Shown one piece after another: positions 39,794 through 49,216 of a stretch of 64,000 nt of DNA. The stretch covers positions 64,001-128,000 of the forward strand of contig JBGFSC010000010.1 in assembly GCA_041694815.1 (NCBI GenBank). Reading direction: 5' to 3'. Source of the stretch: Elusimicrobiota bacterium (GTDB taxonomy: Bacteria; Elusimicrobiota; Elusimicrobia; UBA1565; JACRDR01). Each line of letters opens with the position of its first letter. The stretch's first letter is position 1. The position numbers were made by a program, and so were the translations under genes. A model generated the notes under the pieces. It ran no database searches. It had not been told where the DNA came from and was given only the letters and a program-made list of their open reading frames with translations.

Positions 39794-40921
39794 ATGTGGG
39801 ACGTATGGGTTTTAGGCGGCGCCCGGACTCCGTTCGCCCTATGGGCCGGCGGCAAGCTCCCGGACGGCTCCTCCGGAGGCGCCTTCAAGTCAATCGATCC
39901 GTTCGACCTGGGCGCCGCGGCACTGCGCGGCGCCCTGGAGCGCTCGCGGACGAGGGCCGAATCGCTAGGACTCGTGCTCTTTAGCCAGATGTATGCGGTA
40001 GGCGCCCACGCCTGCTACGGGGCGCGCTACGTCGCGCACCGCGCCGGCGTCCCGCCAACCGTACCCTGCCTCTCTCCGGCCATGTCCTGCGGCTCCGGCC
40101 TCTACGCCCTGCTTTGCGCCTGCCAGGAAATCGCCTCGGGCTCCGCGACGCTTGCCGCCGCCGGCGGCAGTGAGAACGTCAGCATGGTCCGCCGGGACGT
40201 CTTGATCCCGTCGTTTAAGGACATCTCCTGCGACCGCCAAATCGCGAAAACGGTGGAGGACTTGGCCCTGGAATTCGGCATCGGGAGGGCCGAGCAGGAT
40301 GCATGGGCTCTGCGCAGCCACCGCAGGGCCGCCGAGGCGAGGCTCCGGGGCCGGACCGCCGAGGAGCTCGTGAAGGTCGCTGGGCTTTCCTTCGATGACG
40401 CCGTCCTGCCGGAGGCGGACGCCTCCGCCTTCTCCGCCGCGGAACCGACCAACGGCGAGGGAGGCATGGTGACGGCGGCCAATTCCCACCGCTTGGTCGA
40501 CGGGGCCGCCGCCTTGATTCTCTGTGCCGCGGGCGCCGCTCCGCAAGGAACCGAGCCCTTAGGCCGCATACGCGCCGGCGCCTACGCGGCGACCGCGCCA
40601 CATCGCATGGCGTACGCCTCGGTGCCGGCGGTGGAGCGCCTGCTTTCCTTGGCCGGCCTCCGCCTGGCGGACATCGACCTATTCGAAATCAACGAGACCT
40701 TCGCGGCCCAGACCCTGCTCGATTTGAGGCAATTGGGCATCGCCGAGGATCGCGTAAACGTGAACGGAGGGGCGATCGCCTTCGGGCATCCTTTCGCCGC
40801 CACGGGTTGCCGCCAAGTCCTTTCGCTACTGCTCGAGCTGCGCCGGCGCGGACTCAAGCGCGGCGTGGCTTCCATCTGCATCGGCGGAGGCCAAGGCATC
40901 GCCCTTTTGCTGGAGCGCTAA
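39794..40921 (+). CDS. Thiolase (acetyl-CoA C-acyltransferase family)
   Basis: GARTPF, SCGSG, EINETFA, GHPFAATG, CIGGGQG. Confidence 0.93.
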   Translation: MWDVWVLGGARTPFALWAGGKLPDGSSGGAFKSIDPFDLGAAALRGALERSRTRAESLGLVLFSQMYAVGAHACYGARYVAHRAGVPPTVPCLSPAMSCGSGLYALLCACQEIASGSATLAAAGGSENVSMVRRDVLIPSFKDISCDRQIAKTVEDLALEFGIGRAEQDAWALRSHRRAAEARLRGRTAEELVKVAGLSFDDAVLPEADASAFSAAEPTNGEGGMVTAANSHRLVDGAAALILCAAGAAPQGTEPLGRIRAGAYAATAPHRMAYASVPAVERLLSLAGLRLADIDLFEINETFAAQTLLDLRQLGIAEDRVNVNGGAIAFGHPFAATGCRQVLSLLLELRRRGLKRGVASICIGGGQGIALLLER

Positions 40922-42096
40922 TGCCCTTGGCGCGCCTGAAAGCGTTGTTCAAGCGTAAGCCGGCCCCCGAGCAGGCCTATTACAGCGACGCGCCCGCCGA
41001 ATACACGGGGGGCAACCGGCTCCAACTCCTTGTCGACGGCAAGGAGGCCTACCCCGCCATGCTGGCGGCGATCGCTTCCGCCAAGCACAGCGTCCACCTG
41101 GAAAGCTACATCCTGCGCAGCGACAGCACCGGCTGGGAGTTCGCCCGCCTCATGGCCGAAAAGGCCCGTGCCGCGGTGCAGGTGCGCGTGATCTTCGACG
41201 CGATCGGATCGCTGGATCTCGACGCCGGCTACCTCCAATTCCTGCGCAACAACGGCATCTCCTTCCTGGAATACCATCCGGTCGCCCCATGGAGACCTCG
41301 TTGGGCCTGGGGCCGGAGGGACCACCGTAAAGTGCTCGTCGTCGACGGCCGGGTTGGATTCACCGGCGGGCTCAATATCGCCGACGACTACGCGGATCCC
41401 GCCGTGGGAGGCGGCGGCTGGCGGGACACGGCCGTGCGCATCGAGGGGCCGGCAGCCTACGAGCTCGACCACCTCTTCCGGGCGGTATGGTACCGCGAGA
41501 CAGGGCGCTGGTTCGGCCTGCATGGGCATCCGGAGGACGCGGCGGGCGACAGCCTCGTGCGCGTCTCCGCCAACCAGGAGTTCCTCCACCGGCACCGCAT
41601 CCGCAAAGCCTATCTATACGCCCTGCGCCGCGCGCGGCGCTCGGTCTGCATCGCCAACGCCTATTACGTCCCGGATCGCCGCATCCGGCGCGCGCTCTAC
41701 GCCGCCGTCCGGCGCGGAGTCGAGGTCCGAGCCCTGGTGCAGGGCGAGGCCGACGTCGCGGCCGTCGCCTACGCCGGCCGATACCTCTACGAGGAGCACT
41801 TACGTAACGGTGTCAAGCTCTACGTCTGGCCCGGCCCCGTGCTGCACGCAAAGACCGTGGCCATCGATGGGGTCTGGAGCGCGGTGGGATCCTACAATAT
41901 GGACCACCTCTCCCTGCTCCGCAATCTCGAGGTCAATCTCCAGGTGCTCGATGAAAAATTTACCCGGCAGCTCGAGGATCTTTTCCAAAGGGACGTTGCC
42001 AGATCCGAACCCCTCCTTCTGTCCCAATGGCGGCTGCGCCCATGGCAGGACAAGGCATTGGAGCGCTGTTTTTACCTGATGCGTTATTGGCTGTAA
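40921..42096 (+). CDS. clsB: Cardiolipin synthase / phospholipase D (ClsB-like)
   Basis: Two HKD motifs (HRKVLVVD, HAKTVAID); TAATG overlap with the thiolase. Confidence 0.85.
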   Translation: MPLARLKALFKRKPAPEQAYYSDAPAEYTGGNRLQLLVDGKEAYPAMLAAIASAKHSVHLESYILRSDSTGWEFARLMAEKARAAVQVRVIFDAIGSLDLDAGYLQFLRNNGISFLEYHPVAPWRPRWAWGRRDHRKVLVVDGRVGFTGGLNIADDYADPAVGGGGWRDTAVRIEGPAAYELDHLFRAVWYRETGRWFGLHGHPEDAAGDSLVRVSANQEFLHRHRIRKAYLYALRRARRSVCIANAYYVPDRRIRRALYAAVRRGVEVRALVQGEADVAAVAYAGRYLYEEHLRNGVKLYVWPGPVLHAKTVAIDGVWSAVGSYNMDHLSLLRNLEVNLQVLDEKFTRQLEDLFQRDVARSEPLLLSQWRLRPWQDKALERCFYLMRYWL

Positions 42097-42114
42097 ATTG
42101 TTAAATTAGTTCCG

Positions 42115-42576
42115 GTGAAGCTTTACGTCCTACGGCACGGCAAATCCCCCACCATCGCGGAATCCAAGGTGCGCCGCGACGCCGACCGGCCTATCTCCGA
42201 GCAAGGGCGCCAAGACATCCGCCGGCTCGGCAATGAACTGGCCGCGCGAGGGGGGCGGCCCCTGATCGTGCTGGCCAGCCCGCTCAAGCGCGCGCAGCAG
42301 ACGGCCAATGAGATCGCCGCTATCCTCAAGCCCTCCTCCGGCGTGAAAACCTTCGAGCCCCTGGCCAACCAGCTCACCGGAGAGATGCTATTTAGCCATC
42401 TGCTGCGCGAAGCGGAGAAATTCCCCGAGCTGCTGGCCGTGGGGCATCAGCCGCAGCTAGGGGAAATGGTGTCCTATGCGACGGGCCAGATCGTGGAGAT
42501 CAGGCCCGGCGGGCTGGTGGCCTTGGAGACAAACTCCAAAGGGCAGGCCACCATCCTATGGTCTCAAAATCCCTAA
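42115..42576 (+). CDS. sixA: Phosphohistidine phosphatase
   Basis: LRHGK, SPLKRAQQTA, VGHQP. Confidence 0.88.
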   Translation: MKLYVLRHGKSPTIAESKVRRDADRPISEQGRQDIRRLGNELAARGGRPLIVLASPLKRAQQTANEIAAILKPSSGVKTFEPLANQLTGEMLFSHLLREAEKFPELLAVGHQPQLGEMVSYATGQIVEIRPGGLVALETNSKGQATILWSQNP

Positions 42577-43862
42577 CGCTAGCCTGCCTCTTCTTTCCGG
42601 CCCTTGCGCAAGCCGCCGCGCCCAAAACGCCTTCCCCTAACGTCATCCTCATCGCGGTGGACACCCTGCGAGCCGACCATACGGGCTTTCTGGGATACTC
42701 TAGGGATGTCACGCCACGCCTTGACGAGCTCAGCCGCAAATCCTACGTGTTCAGCCAGGCCATCGCACAGGCGCCCTGGACGTTGCCCTCGATCCTTTCG
42801 GTGTTCACTTCCCTCCCCCCCCACGCTCACGGGATCGTCAATAAGTTTGACCTGTCGGCAGGCGAAGCGCTCAAGCTCGCGAGCCTCCCGAAAGACCTGG
42901 CAACCCTACCGCGCGTATTCAAGGACAATGGCTACGCCACAGCCGCCTTCACCGGAGGCGCGGGACTGGCCGGTCATTTCGGCTTCTCCTCCGGCTTCGA
43001 CGTCTACTCAGACTCGGAGACCTTCGCCGGCTTCGACCGCACCGTTGGGCAGGCCCTGCGCTGGATCGAGAAGCACAGGGCAGACAAATTTTTTCTCTTT
43101 TTACATGGCTACGACGCGCACGGCCAGTCCCCGCTGCGCCCCAAGCCGCGCTTCGCAGGCCGCAGTTATGGACGCCACCTCGACCTACCCTCGCAGGCCC
43201 GGCGCCTGAGGATACAAACCGTCAAAAACGAGCCCATCGAGATCTCCTCGGCCGAGCTGAGGCTGCTTATCGACCGCTACGATGATAAGGTAGCCCATGC
43301 CGACGCACAGTTGGGCCGTTTTCTGGCCCGATTGGCCCAGCTCGGCCTCTTGGAAAATTCCATCATCGCCTTGTTTTCCGACCACGGCGATCAATTCTAC
43401 GAGCGCGGCGGCTTCGACCATGGCACGACCCTCTACGACGAACTTATCCGAGTCCCTTTGCTGCTCTACACCCCGGGACGTCCCGGGGGCCGAATTGACT
43501 CGCAGGTGCGGCTTATCGACTTGATGCCGACCCTGCTGGAGTTGGCGTCCGTAAAAGCCCCGAGGGCGGCCATTAGGCAAATGCAGGGGCGCAGTCTCGC
43601 TCCCTTGATGGCGGGCGAGCCCCTCGATCTCCCGGCCCTCTCCGAGACTGATTTCCTGCTGCATGTCTTTAAGCGCTCCCTCAGGACGCCGGATGGATGG
43701 AAGCTGATTTATGACTTCGGCTCGGAAAGCGACGAAAGCCTCGAACTTTACAACTGGAAGGAAGATCCCGGTGAAAAGCGCAACCTCGCCGCCCAAGAAC
43801 CGGAACGCGCCGCCCGCCTTAAACGGCAACTCCTTGAAATGATGAGGCCGGCCGAGCCCTAA
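42558..43862 (+). CDS. Exported sulfatase-like (alkaline phosphatase superfamily) protein
   Basis: Signal peptide, NVILIAVDTLRADH, APWTLPS, SDHG, DPGE..NL. Confidence 0.88.
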   Translation: MVSKSLTLACLFFPALAQAAAPKTPSPNVILIAVDTLRADHTGFLGYSRDVTPRLDELSRKSYVFSQAIAQAPWTLPSILSVFTSLPPHAHGIVNKFDLSAGEALKLASLPKDLATLPRVFKDNGYATAAFTGGAGLAGHFGFSSGFDVYSDSETFAGFDRTVGQALRWIEKHRADKFFLFLHGYDAHGQSPLRPKPRFAGRSYGRHLDLPSQARRLRIQTVKNEPIEISSAELRLLIDRYDDKVAHADAQLGRFLARLAQLGLLENSIIALFSDHGDQFYERGGFDHGTTLYDELIRVPLLLYTPGRPGGRIDSQVRLIDLMPTLLELASVKAPRAAIRQMQGRSLAPLMAGEPLDLPALSETDFLLHVFKRSLRTPDGWKLIYDFGSESDESLELYNWKEDPGEKRNLAAQEPERAARLKRQLLEMMRPAEP

Positions 43863-44290
43863 ATCCAGTACAGCATGAGGTAAACGGCCACACCAGTGAC
43901 CGAGACGTAGAGCCAGATCGGGAACGTGACGCGCGCGGTCCTGGAGTGCCGTAAAAAGTCCCCCCCCGGCCAAGATTTCCACGCCAGATAAAGCGTGCGG
44001 GCGGCCAAGGGCGGCACGGCAACGGCCAAGACCGTATGCGAGATCAAGACGGCGAAGTAGAATCGGCGCAAAAGCCCGCCGCCCTGGAAGCGGACCGAGC
44101 CGACCTGGGCGTGGTAGAGCAGGTAAAAAACGAGGAAAAGAATGGAAAACGCGAACGCGGACGACATGCAGGCCAAATGGGCGCGAATACGCCTTTGGCG
44201 GATGAAGCGGTATCCCGCCAAGAGGCACGCGGCGCTGGCGGCGTTCAAAGCCGCGTTGACATGGGGGAGCAGGGGCAGGAGCTCGGCCAT
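43859..44290 (-). CDS. DUF420 family membrane protein
   Basis: LPHVNAALN, H...M, LISHTVLA, FPIWLYVSVTGV.VY. Confidence 0.9.
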   Translation of the reverse strand: MAELLPLLPHVNAALNAASAACLLAGYRFIRQRRIRAHLACMSSAFAFSILFLVFYLLYHAQVGSVRFQGGGLLRRFYFAVLISHTVLAVAVPPLAARTLYLAWKSWPGGDFLRHSRTARVTFPIWLYVSVTGVAVYLMLYWI

Positions 44291-44317
44291 CGCGGATATT
44301 AAATAAAATTTACTCGC

Positions 44318-45103
44318 TTAATCCTTCGCGATGGAGTGCGGGCAGCTCCTGCGGAACAAGCAGCGGCGGCAAAACGAAGTGTCGGGACGAAAATCCTCCT
44401 CGGCCATCAGATCGGCGGCGCGCGAGAGCGCCTCCCGGAGCAGCCCTTCCCGGGAGGGATCGTACTCGAACGAGCGCCTTTTCCCGGAATCCAAATAATA
44501 CGCGCTCAGCAGCGATGCCCTGACGGCAAGACCCTCCCGAACTCCCAGCCCGTAGAGGAATAGCTGCAGCTCGACGTTGCCGGCATCATCGATCTCGGGC
44601 TCGAAGGTCTTATATTCGACGATCTCATGGGAGCCGTCGGGATGCAGGTCGAGCCGGTCGACCATCCCGCGGACTCGATGGGGACCCAGTTCGAAGAGAA
44701 ATTCCCGCTCCACGTAGAGTATCCGCGAACGGCGCTCGGAGTCCGCTTTCCAATAACGGCGGAGCATATTTTCTCCCCTCCGGCGCCAGGCCACCTTCTC
44801 CACGCCCGATGAGAATCCCGCGTGGTGGAAGTGGGCGTCATAAAGTTCCAAGAGCCGCTCGAGCCGCTCTTCCCCGCTGTGATGATAGGCTTCCAGGGTC
44901 TTATGCAGGCTCATGCCTAGCGCGGCAGCGGGCGAGGGGGGCTGGGGAGTCCCGTCCTTGAAACGGATCTTAAAAAGCCAGGGGCAGTCCAGATAGGCGC
45001 GCAGCCGGGAATAATTGATTTCGAAGGAACGAAGCCTTTTTTGTGGCTTGGGCGGAGGGTGGCAGTCGAGCCAGCGCCGCAGGCGTTCAGTCCAATGAAT
45101 CGT
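44318..45103 (-). CDS. PD-(D/E)XK nuclease family protein (RecB/AddB/Cas4-like, 4-Cys)
   Basis: Frame stays open upstream of ATG 44914 through NYSRLRAYLDCPW; G.SLH, GMVDRLD, VEYKT, QLFLY, CRRC....SC. Start codon uncertain. Confidence 0.82.
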   Translation of the reverse strand, partial: TIHWTERLRRWLDCHPPPKPQKRLRSFEINYSRLRAYLDCPWLFKIRFKDGTPQPPSPAAALGMSLHKTLEAYHHSGEERLERLLELYDAHFHHAGFSSGVEKVAWRRRGENMLRRYWKADSERRSRILYVEREFLFELGPHRVRGMVDRLDLHPDGSHEIVEYKTFEPEIDDAGNVELQLFLYGLGVREGLAVRASLLSAYYLDSGKRRSFEYDPSREGLLREALSRAADLMAEEDFRPDTSFCRRCLFRRSCPHSIAKD

Positions 45104-45716
45104 CGCTTCCCCTTTCAGAGGACAATGGGCCGCCCACCCAGCCGGCGCGGCGCAGGAAGCTCAAGCGAGTGTCCCCGTACTTGGAACGGCGGAAGAGCTC
45201 AAGGCCCTTGGGCGCGTGAACCGGCTCCTTCTGATGGTGCTGGGCGACGAGCCATCCGTCCGGGGCCAGTAGTCCGGAGGCGGCGACGTTCTCGAGCACC
45301 GCCTGCGTGTAGCGCAAAGGCCGCTTCTGCGCGTCCACGTATGGCGGCCCCAGGAAGACGAGGTCGAAGGCTTCGGCGCCGGAGCGGTAAGGCAGCCAGG
45401 AAAGGGACGCCAAGGCGTTGGCCCGGAAAACCCTGCCGCGCTCGGCCATGCCGGAGCGTTCCAAGTTCTTCTCGATGACCTTGACGCAGCGCGGGTCCAT
45501 CTCGACGAAGGACACGGACTGCGCGCCGCGGGAAAGCGCCTCCAACCCCACGGCCCCGGTGCCGGCGAAAAGGTCCAGCAGGCGGGCACCCGTGATGCGG
45601 GGGCGCAGGATGTCGAAGAGGGATTGGCGGATGCGCGCTGAAATCGGCCGGACGGGCAGCTCCTTGGGCACCGACAGGATGCGCCGCCCGCGGGCGGAGC
45701 CGGCAATGATGCGCAT
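45087..45716 (-). CDS. rsmD: 16S rRNA m2G966 methyltransferase
   Basis: MRIIAG..RGR, LDLFAGTGAVGLEALSRGA, FLGPPY, YGDT. Confidence 0.93.
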   Translation of the reverse strand: MRIIAGSARGRRILSVPKELPVRPISARIRQSLFDILRPRITGARLLDLFAGTGAVGLEALSRGAQSVSFVEMDPRCVKVIEKNLERSGMAERGRVFRANALASLSWLPYRSGAEAFDLVFLGPPYVDAQKRPLRYTQAVLENVAASGLLAPDGWLVAQHHQKEPVHAPKGLELFRRSKYGDTRLSFLRRAGWVGGPLSSERGSDDSLD

Positions 45717-45732
45717 GCTTATATTATAGAAT
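45717..45732. promoter_or_regulatory. Putative bidirectional promoter with overlapping -10 elements
   Basis: 16-bp gap between divergent ATGs: TATAAT (minus, 45728-45723) and TATATT (plus, 45720-45725), 6 and 7 nt from the start codons. Confidence 0.65.
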
Positions 45733-46965
45733 ATGCCCGTGGGCGCCGAGATCATCGTCGTTGACGACGACCCTATCGGGGGCACGCTAACGCACAACGT
45801 CCTCGAAGAAAGCGGCTACGCGACCGAGCTGATTTCCGACAGCCGCCAAGTGATCGCGGCGGTCAAGGCCCAGCGGCCTGGCCTGGTGATCCTCGACATC
45901 CTGATGCCCGGAATCGACGGGCTGACCCTTTTGCATGAGATCAAACAGGACCCCGAGCTCTCCGACACGAAGGTCATCATCGTCTCGGGCAAGACCTTCG
46001 CCGAGGAAAAGCAGCGGGCCCTGCGCTACGGCGCCAGCCTCTTCCTGGAGAAGCCCTACGAGGTCGCCACCCTGCGCCGGCAAGTATCGGAGCTGCTAGG
46101 AGCCCCGAAGGGAGGCACCCCCTCCCCCCGCTCGGCGGCCCAAGGAGTTCAAATCCGCGTTTGGGGGTGCCGGTCGTCCGGCGCCGCCGATCTGAGGACC
46201 CCCTGCGTGAGCGTGGAGACGCAGTCTCGGATGATCATACTCGACGCCGGCAGCGGGCTGCTGCCTCTCGGCGAGGAACTCCTGAAAGAGGACCGGCGCA
46301 AGGAGCTCTGGCTGCTCCTGACTCATTTCCACCCGGCCCACGTCGAGGGGCTCGGCCTCTTCGCCTGCACCCGACGAGCCGGGTACCAACTCCATATCGG
46401 GGGAGCCGGCGAACCCGATAAACCCCTTTCGGAGTTCGTCCGGGGCGCCTTCGAACGCTCCTTCGAGCGGCTTGCGGATCCCGTCGCCGCCAAGATCAAG
46501 CTCTACGAGTTCCAGGAGGGCGATTACGACCTGCTCAGCGACCTCAAGCTCTCGGTTTTTTACGCCAACCATCCCGGCCTGACCTTAGGATTCTCGCTGC
46601 AGACGCTCGGTCGGCGCATTGTCTATTGCCCCGATTCAGAACTCTACGGCGAGGACGCTCTTTCAACCCAGGATTATGACGAAAAACTCGGCGGGCTTTG
46701 CCGGGGCGCGGACCTCCTCATCCATGACGCGCGCTGGCGCGACGCCGAGTACGCTGTCCATCGCAACGAGGGCCATTCCAGCGCGCGCAACGCCGCGGCC
46801 TTCGCCGCACGCAACGAGATAGGGTCGCTGATCCTATTCCACCAAGACGCTTCTTATTCGCCGGCGGACCTCGAGGCGATGGGAAAAGAAGCCGAAGCGG
46901 CCGCGGGCGCGGACGGCCGGCTTTCCTGCGTCATGGCCGCCGAAGGGCTTTCGCTTACGATCTAG
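45733..46965 (+). CDS. Receiver domain fused to an MBL-fold hydrolase domain
   Basis: REC (VVDDD, ILDILMP, EKP); MBL fold (ILDAGSG, THFHPAH, NHPG, LLIHDA, GHS, LFH). Confidence 0.85.
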   Translation: MPVGAEIIVVDDDPIGGTLTHNVLEESGYATELISDSRQVIAAVKAQRPGLVILDILMPGIDGLTLLHEIKQDPELSDTKVIIVSGKTFAEEKQRALRYGASLFLEKPYEVATLRRQVSELLGAPKGGTPSPRSAAQGVQIRVWGCRSSGAADLRTPCVSVETQSRMIILDAGSGLLPLGEELLKEDRRKELWLLLTHFHPAHVEGLGLFACTRRAGYQLHIGGAGEPDKPLSEFVRGAFERSFERLADPVAAKIKLYEFQEGDYDLLSDLKLSVFYANHPGLTLGFSLQTLGRRIVYCPDSELYGEDALSTQDYDEKLGGLCRGADLLIHDARWRDAEYAVHRNEGHSSARNAAAFAARNEIGSLILFHQDASYSPADLEAMGKEAEAAAGADGRLSCVMAAEGLSLTI

Positions 46966-47791
46966 CGCCTTTTAAAGAGCGGACCAGCTCCAGGTTCGCG
47001 CCGTCCTGCTCCCCTTTTGGGGTCTCCAGTATGCCGACGGCGGAGGCGAACTCCTCCCGGTCCAGAAGCCAGCGTAGCCCCTCAAGCCCCAAATAGCCCT
47101 CACCCCAATGCCAATGGTGCTCGCGGTGCGAGCCCAAGAGCGCCCGCGAATCGTTGAGGTGGAAGACACGTATATTTTCAGCGCCCAGCAGCCGATGCGC
47201 CTGCCCGATAAATTTCCACATCCCCTCCGCGGAGGAGAGGTCGTAGCCCTGGGCCCAGGCGTGCGCCGTATCCAGGCAAAAGCCGACCTTAAAGGAGCGC
47301 CGGCGCAGCAATTCTCCCAGCTCCGCGATCTCCTCGAGGCTTCCCCCCATTCGCCTCCCGCCGCCGGGAACGTTCTCGATGAGCAAGGGCACGGGAGGAT
47401 CCGGCAGCCCCTCGGCGGCCCGCGCGAATCCCTCCGCGAAGCGCCGAAGCCCAGCGCTGACGTGGTCTCCGGGGGCGTAAGCCCCCGCGTGGAGGACCAA
47501 GGCCTCGGCGCCGAGGCGGCCCGCCAGCTCCATTTCGCGCCGGGCCCAGGCAACCGAGTGGGCGTGCCGGATCTCGTCGCGGGAGGCCAAAAAGGGAAGG
47601 TAGCGCACGTGCAGCACTAGACGCGAAACGGCCGATCTCCACTGTCGGCGAAAGAAGACCAGCTCCTCCTCGGTCGGCTCATGATTGCGGCGGTAGGAGA
47701 ACATCTGCATGGAGTCGCAACCCAAGGCGCGGGCCTCCGCGAGCGCCGCCTCGTAGCCAGCCCTGATCGAGCAGTGAATCCCGAGTATCAT
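46955..47791 (-). CDS. nfo: Endonuclease IV
   Basis: G.H.SI, VLH.G, IEN, CLDTAH, HLNDS, ILETPK. Confidence 0.9.
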   Translation of the reverse strand: MILGIHCSIRAGYEAALAEARALGCDSMQMFSYRRNHEPTEEELVFFRRQWRSAVSRLVLHVRYLPFLASRDEIRHAHSVAWARREMELAGRLGAEALVLHAGAYAPGDHVSAGLRRFAEGFARAAEGLPDPPVPLLIENVPGGGRRMGGSLEEIAELGELLRRRSFKVGFCLDTAHAWAQGYDLSSAEGMWKFIGQAHRLLGAENIRVFHLNDSRALLGSHREHHWHWGEGYLGLEGLRWLLDREEFASAVGILETPKGEQDGANLELVRSLKGARS

Positions 47792-47798
47792 GTGAGTT

Positions 47799-49136
47799 TT
47801 AAGACCATCGGGTTAGCACGCCCAGCAGTCGGTTTTTCCATTTCCGGTACGGGAACCACCATAATTCCGGCAAGGCGGCGGGCCATTCATGCACCAGCAC
47901 GGACTGGGTTTCGCAAAACATGCGCAGCCCTTCATCCGCGAACCGGCGCCCCAGGCCCGAGCGCTTGAAGCCGCCAAAGGGTAGCGAGCAGACCGCGCTA
48001 AAGTTGGGAAGGTCGTTGACCCCCACGACCCCCGCCTCCAGCCTGGCGCTTAAGGCCTCCGCGCGCGAGACGTCCCGGCTCCAGATCGATGCCGACAAGG
48101 CGTAGTGCCCGTCGTTGGCCAAGAGCACGGCCTCCTCCGCGCTGCGCACCGCGCTCACCGGAAGCACGGGACCGAAGATCTCCTCGCGCATGAGCCGGCT
48201 GTCGGCTGGGGCGTCCAAGACCAAGGCAGGAGCCATAAGGCAGCGCGAGGCGTCGATCACTTCGCCGCCCAATACCCGGGCGCCCTGCCCGCGCGCCTCC
48301 TCCAGCCGCGACAGCACCTCCTCCATGCGCCCGCGATGGATCAGCCTCCCGAGATCGATCTCGTAGCCGCCGTCCAAACCCTGGCGCAGGGCGGCCATTT
48401 CTCCGGTGACGGCCTCGATGAACGAGTCGTAGATCGATTCCTCCACGTACACTCGCTCCACGGCGACGCAGCTCTGGCCGGAATTGGACAAGCGGCCCCA
48501 CACCGCCGCCTTGGCCGCGCGGGCGATCGCGGCGTCCCGCAGCACGATCATGGGGTGCTTGCCGCCGAGCTCCAGTACCGCCGGCTTGAGCCTTTCGGCG
48601 GCCGCCTTGGCCACTGCCTGACCCGAGAGGAAGCCACCAGTGAAGACGATCATGTCCGCGTGCTCGAGAACGCAAGCCCCCACCGACGCGTCCCCTCGAA
48701 TCACCTGAAAAAGCCCCTCGGGGAAAACTCCGCTCACCTTGGCGGCCTCCTCCAAGATCAGCGCGGTCTCCGTGGCCCATTCCGAGGGCTTGAGCATCAC
48801 CGCGTTGCCGGCGATAAGAGCCGGTAGCGCGTCCGAAAGGGGGATGAGCACCGGATAGTTCCAGGGGGTGCATACCGCGACCACGCCCCGAGGCAGGTAA
48901 CGCACGAAGGCCCGCTTGTTGAACAGGATCCACGGCCTCGGGGCGGCCTGGTCCTTGAGGATGCGGTGCGCGTTGCGCGTGAAGTACTTGAGCACGAGCT
49001 CCGCCGCGTCGAGCTCCTGCACCTCGATCTCGAAGAATGGCTTGCCGGTTTCCTCGGCGATGGCGCGCCGCAGCTGCATCTGCCGGAATCGGATCTCCCG
49101 CCAAAACCCGCGCACACGCTCCACCCGCTGCGTCAA
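47799..49136 (-). CDS. Aldehyde dehydrogenase family protein
   Basis: PWNYP, KPSE, FTG, LELGGK, NSGQSC, EEIFGP, PFGG. True start may lie further upstream. Confidence 0.92.
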   Translation of the reverse strand: MTQRVERVRGFWREIRFRQMQLRRAIAEETGKPFFEIEVQELDAAELVLKYFTRNAHRILKDQAAPRPWILFNKRAFVRYLPRGVVAVCTPWNYPVLIPLSDALPALIAGNAVMLKPSEWATETALILEEAAKVSGVFPEGLFQVIRGDASVGACVLEHADMIVFTGGFLSGQAVAKAAAERLKPAVLELGGKHPMIVLRDAAIARAAKAAVWGRLSNSGQSCVAVERVYVEESIYDSFIEAVTGEMAALRQGLDGGYEIDLGRLIHRGRMEEVLSRLEEARGQGARVLGGEVIDASRCLMAPALVLDAPADSRLMREEIFGPVLPVSAVRSAEEAVLLANDGHYALSASIWSRDVSRAEALSARLEAGVVGVNDLPNFSAVCSLPFGGFKRSGLGRRFADEGLRMFCETQSVLVHEWPAALPELWWFPYRKWKNRLLGVLTRWS

Positions 49137-49216
49137 GGTATAGCGGCGCCAAAGGGCCTGGGCGTCTTTCGCCAGCGACGCGCGGCGCGCGACCTCCGCG
49201 GCGGGGGTGTTGAGTA

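Noticed and set aside
44318..45103. Cas4 / CRISPR association
   Set aside because: No cas1/cas2 or repeat-spacer array; housekeeping context beside rsmD fits a solo PD-(D/E)XK nuclease.
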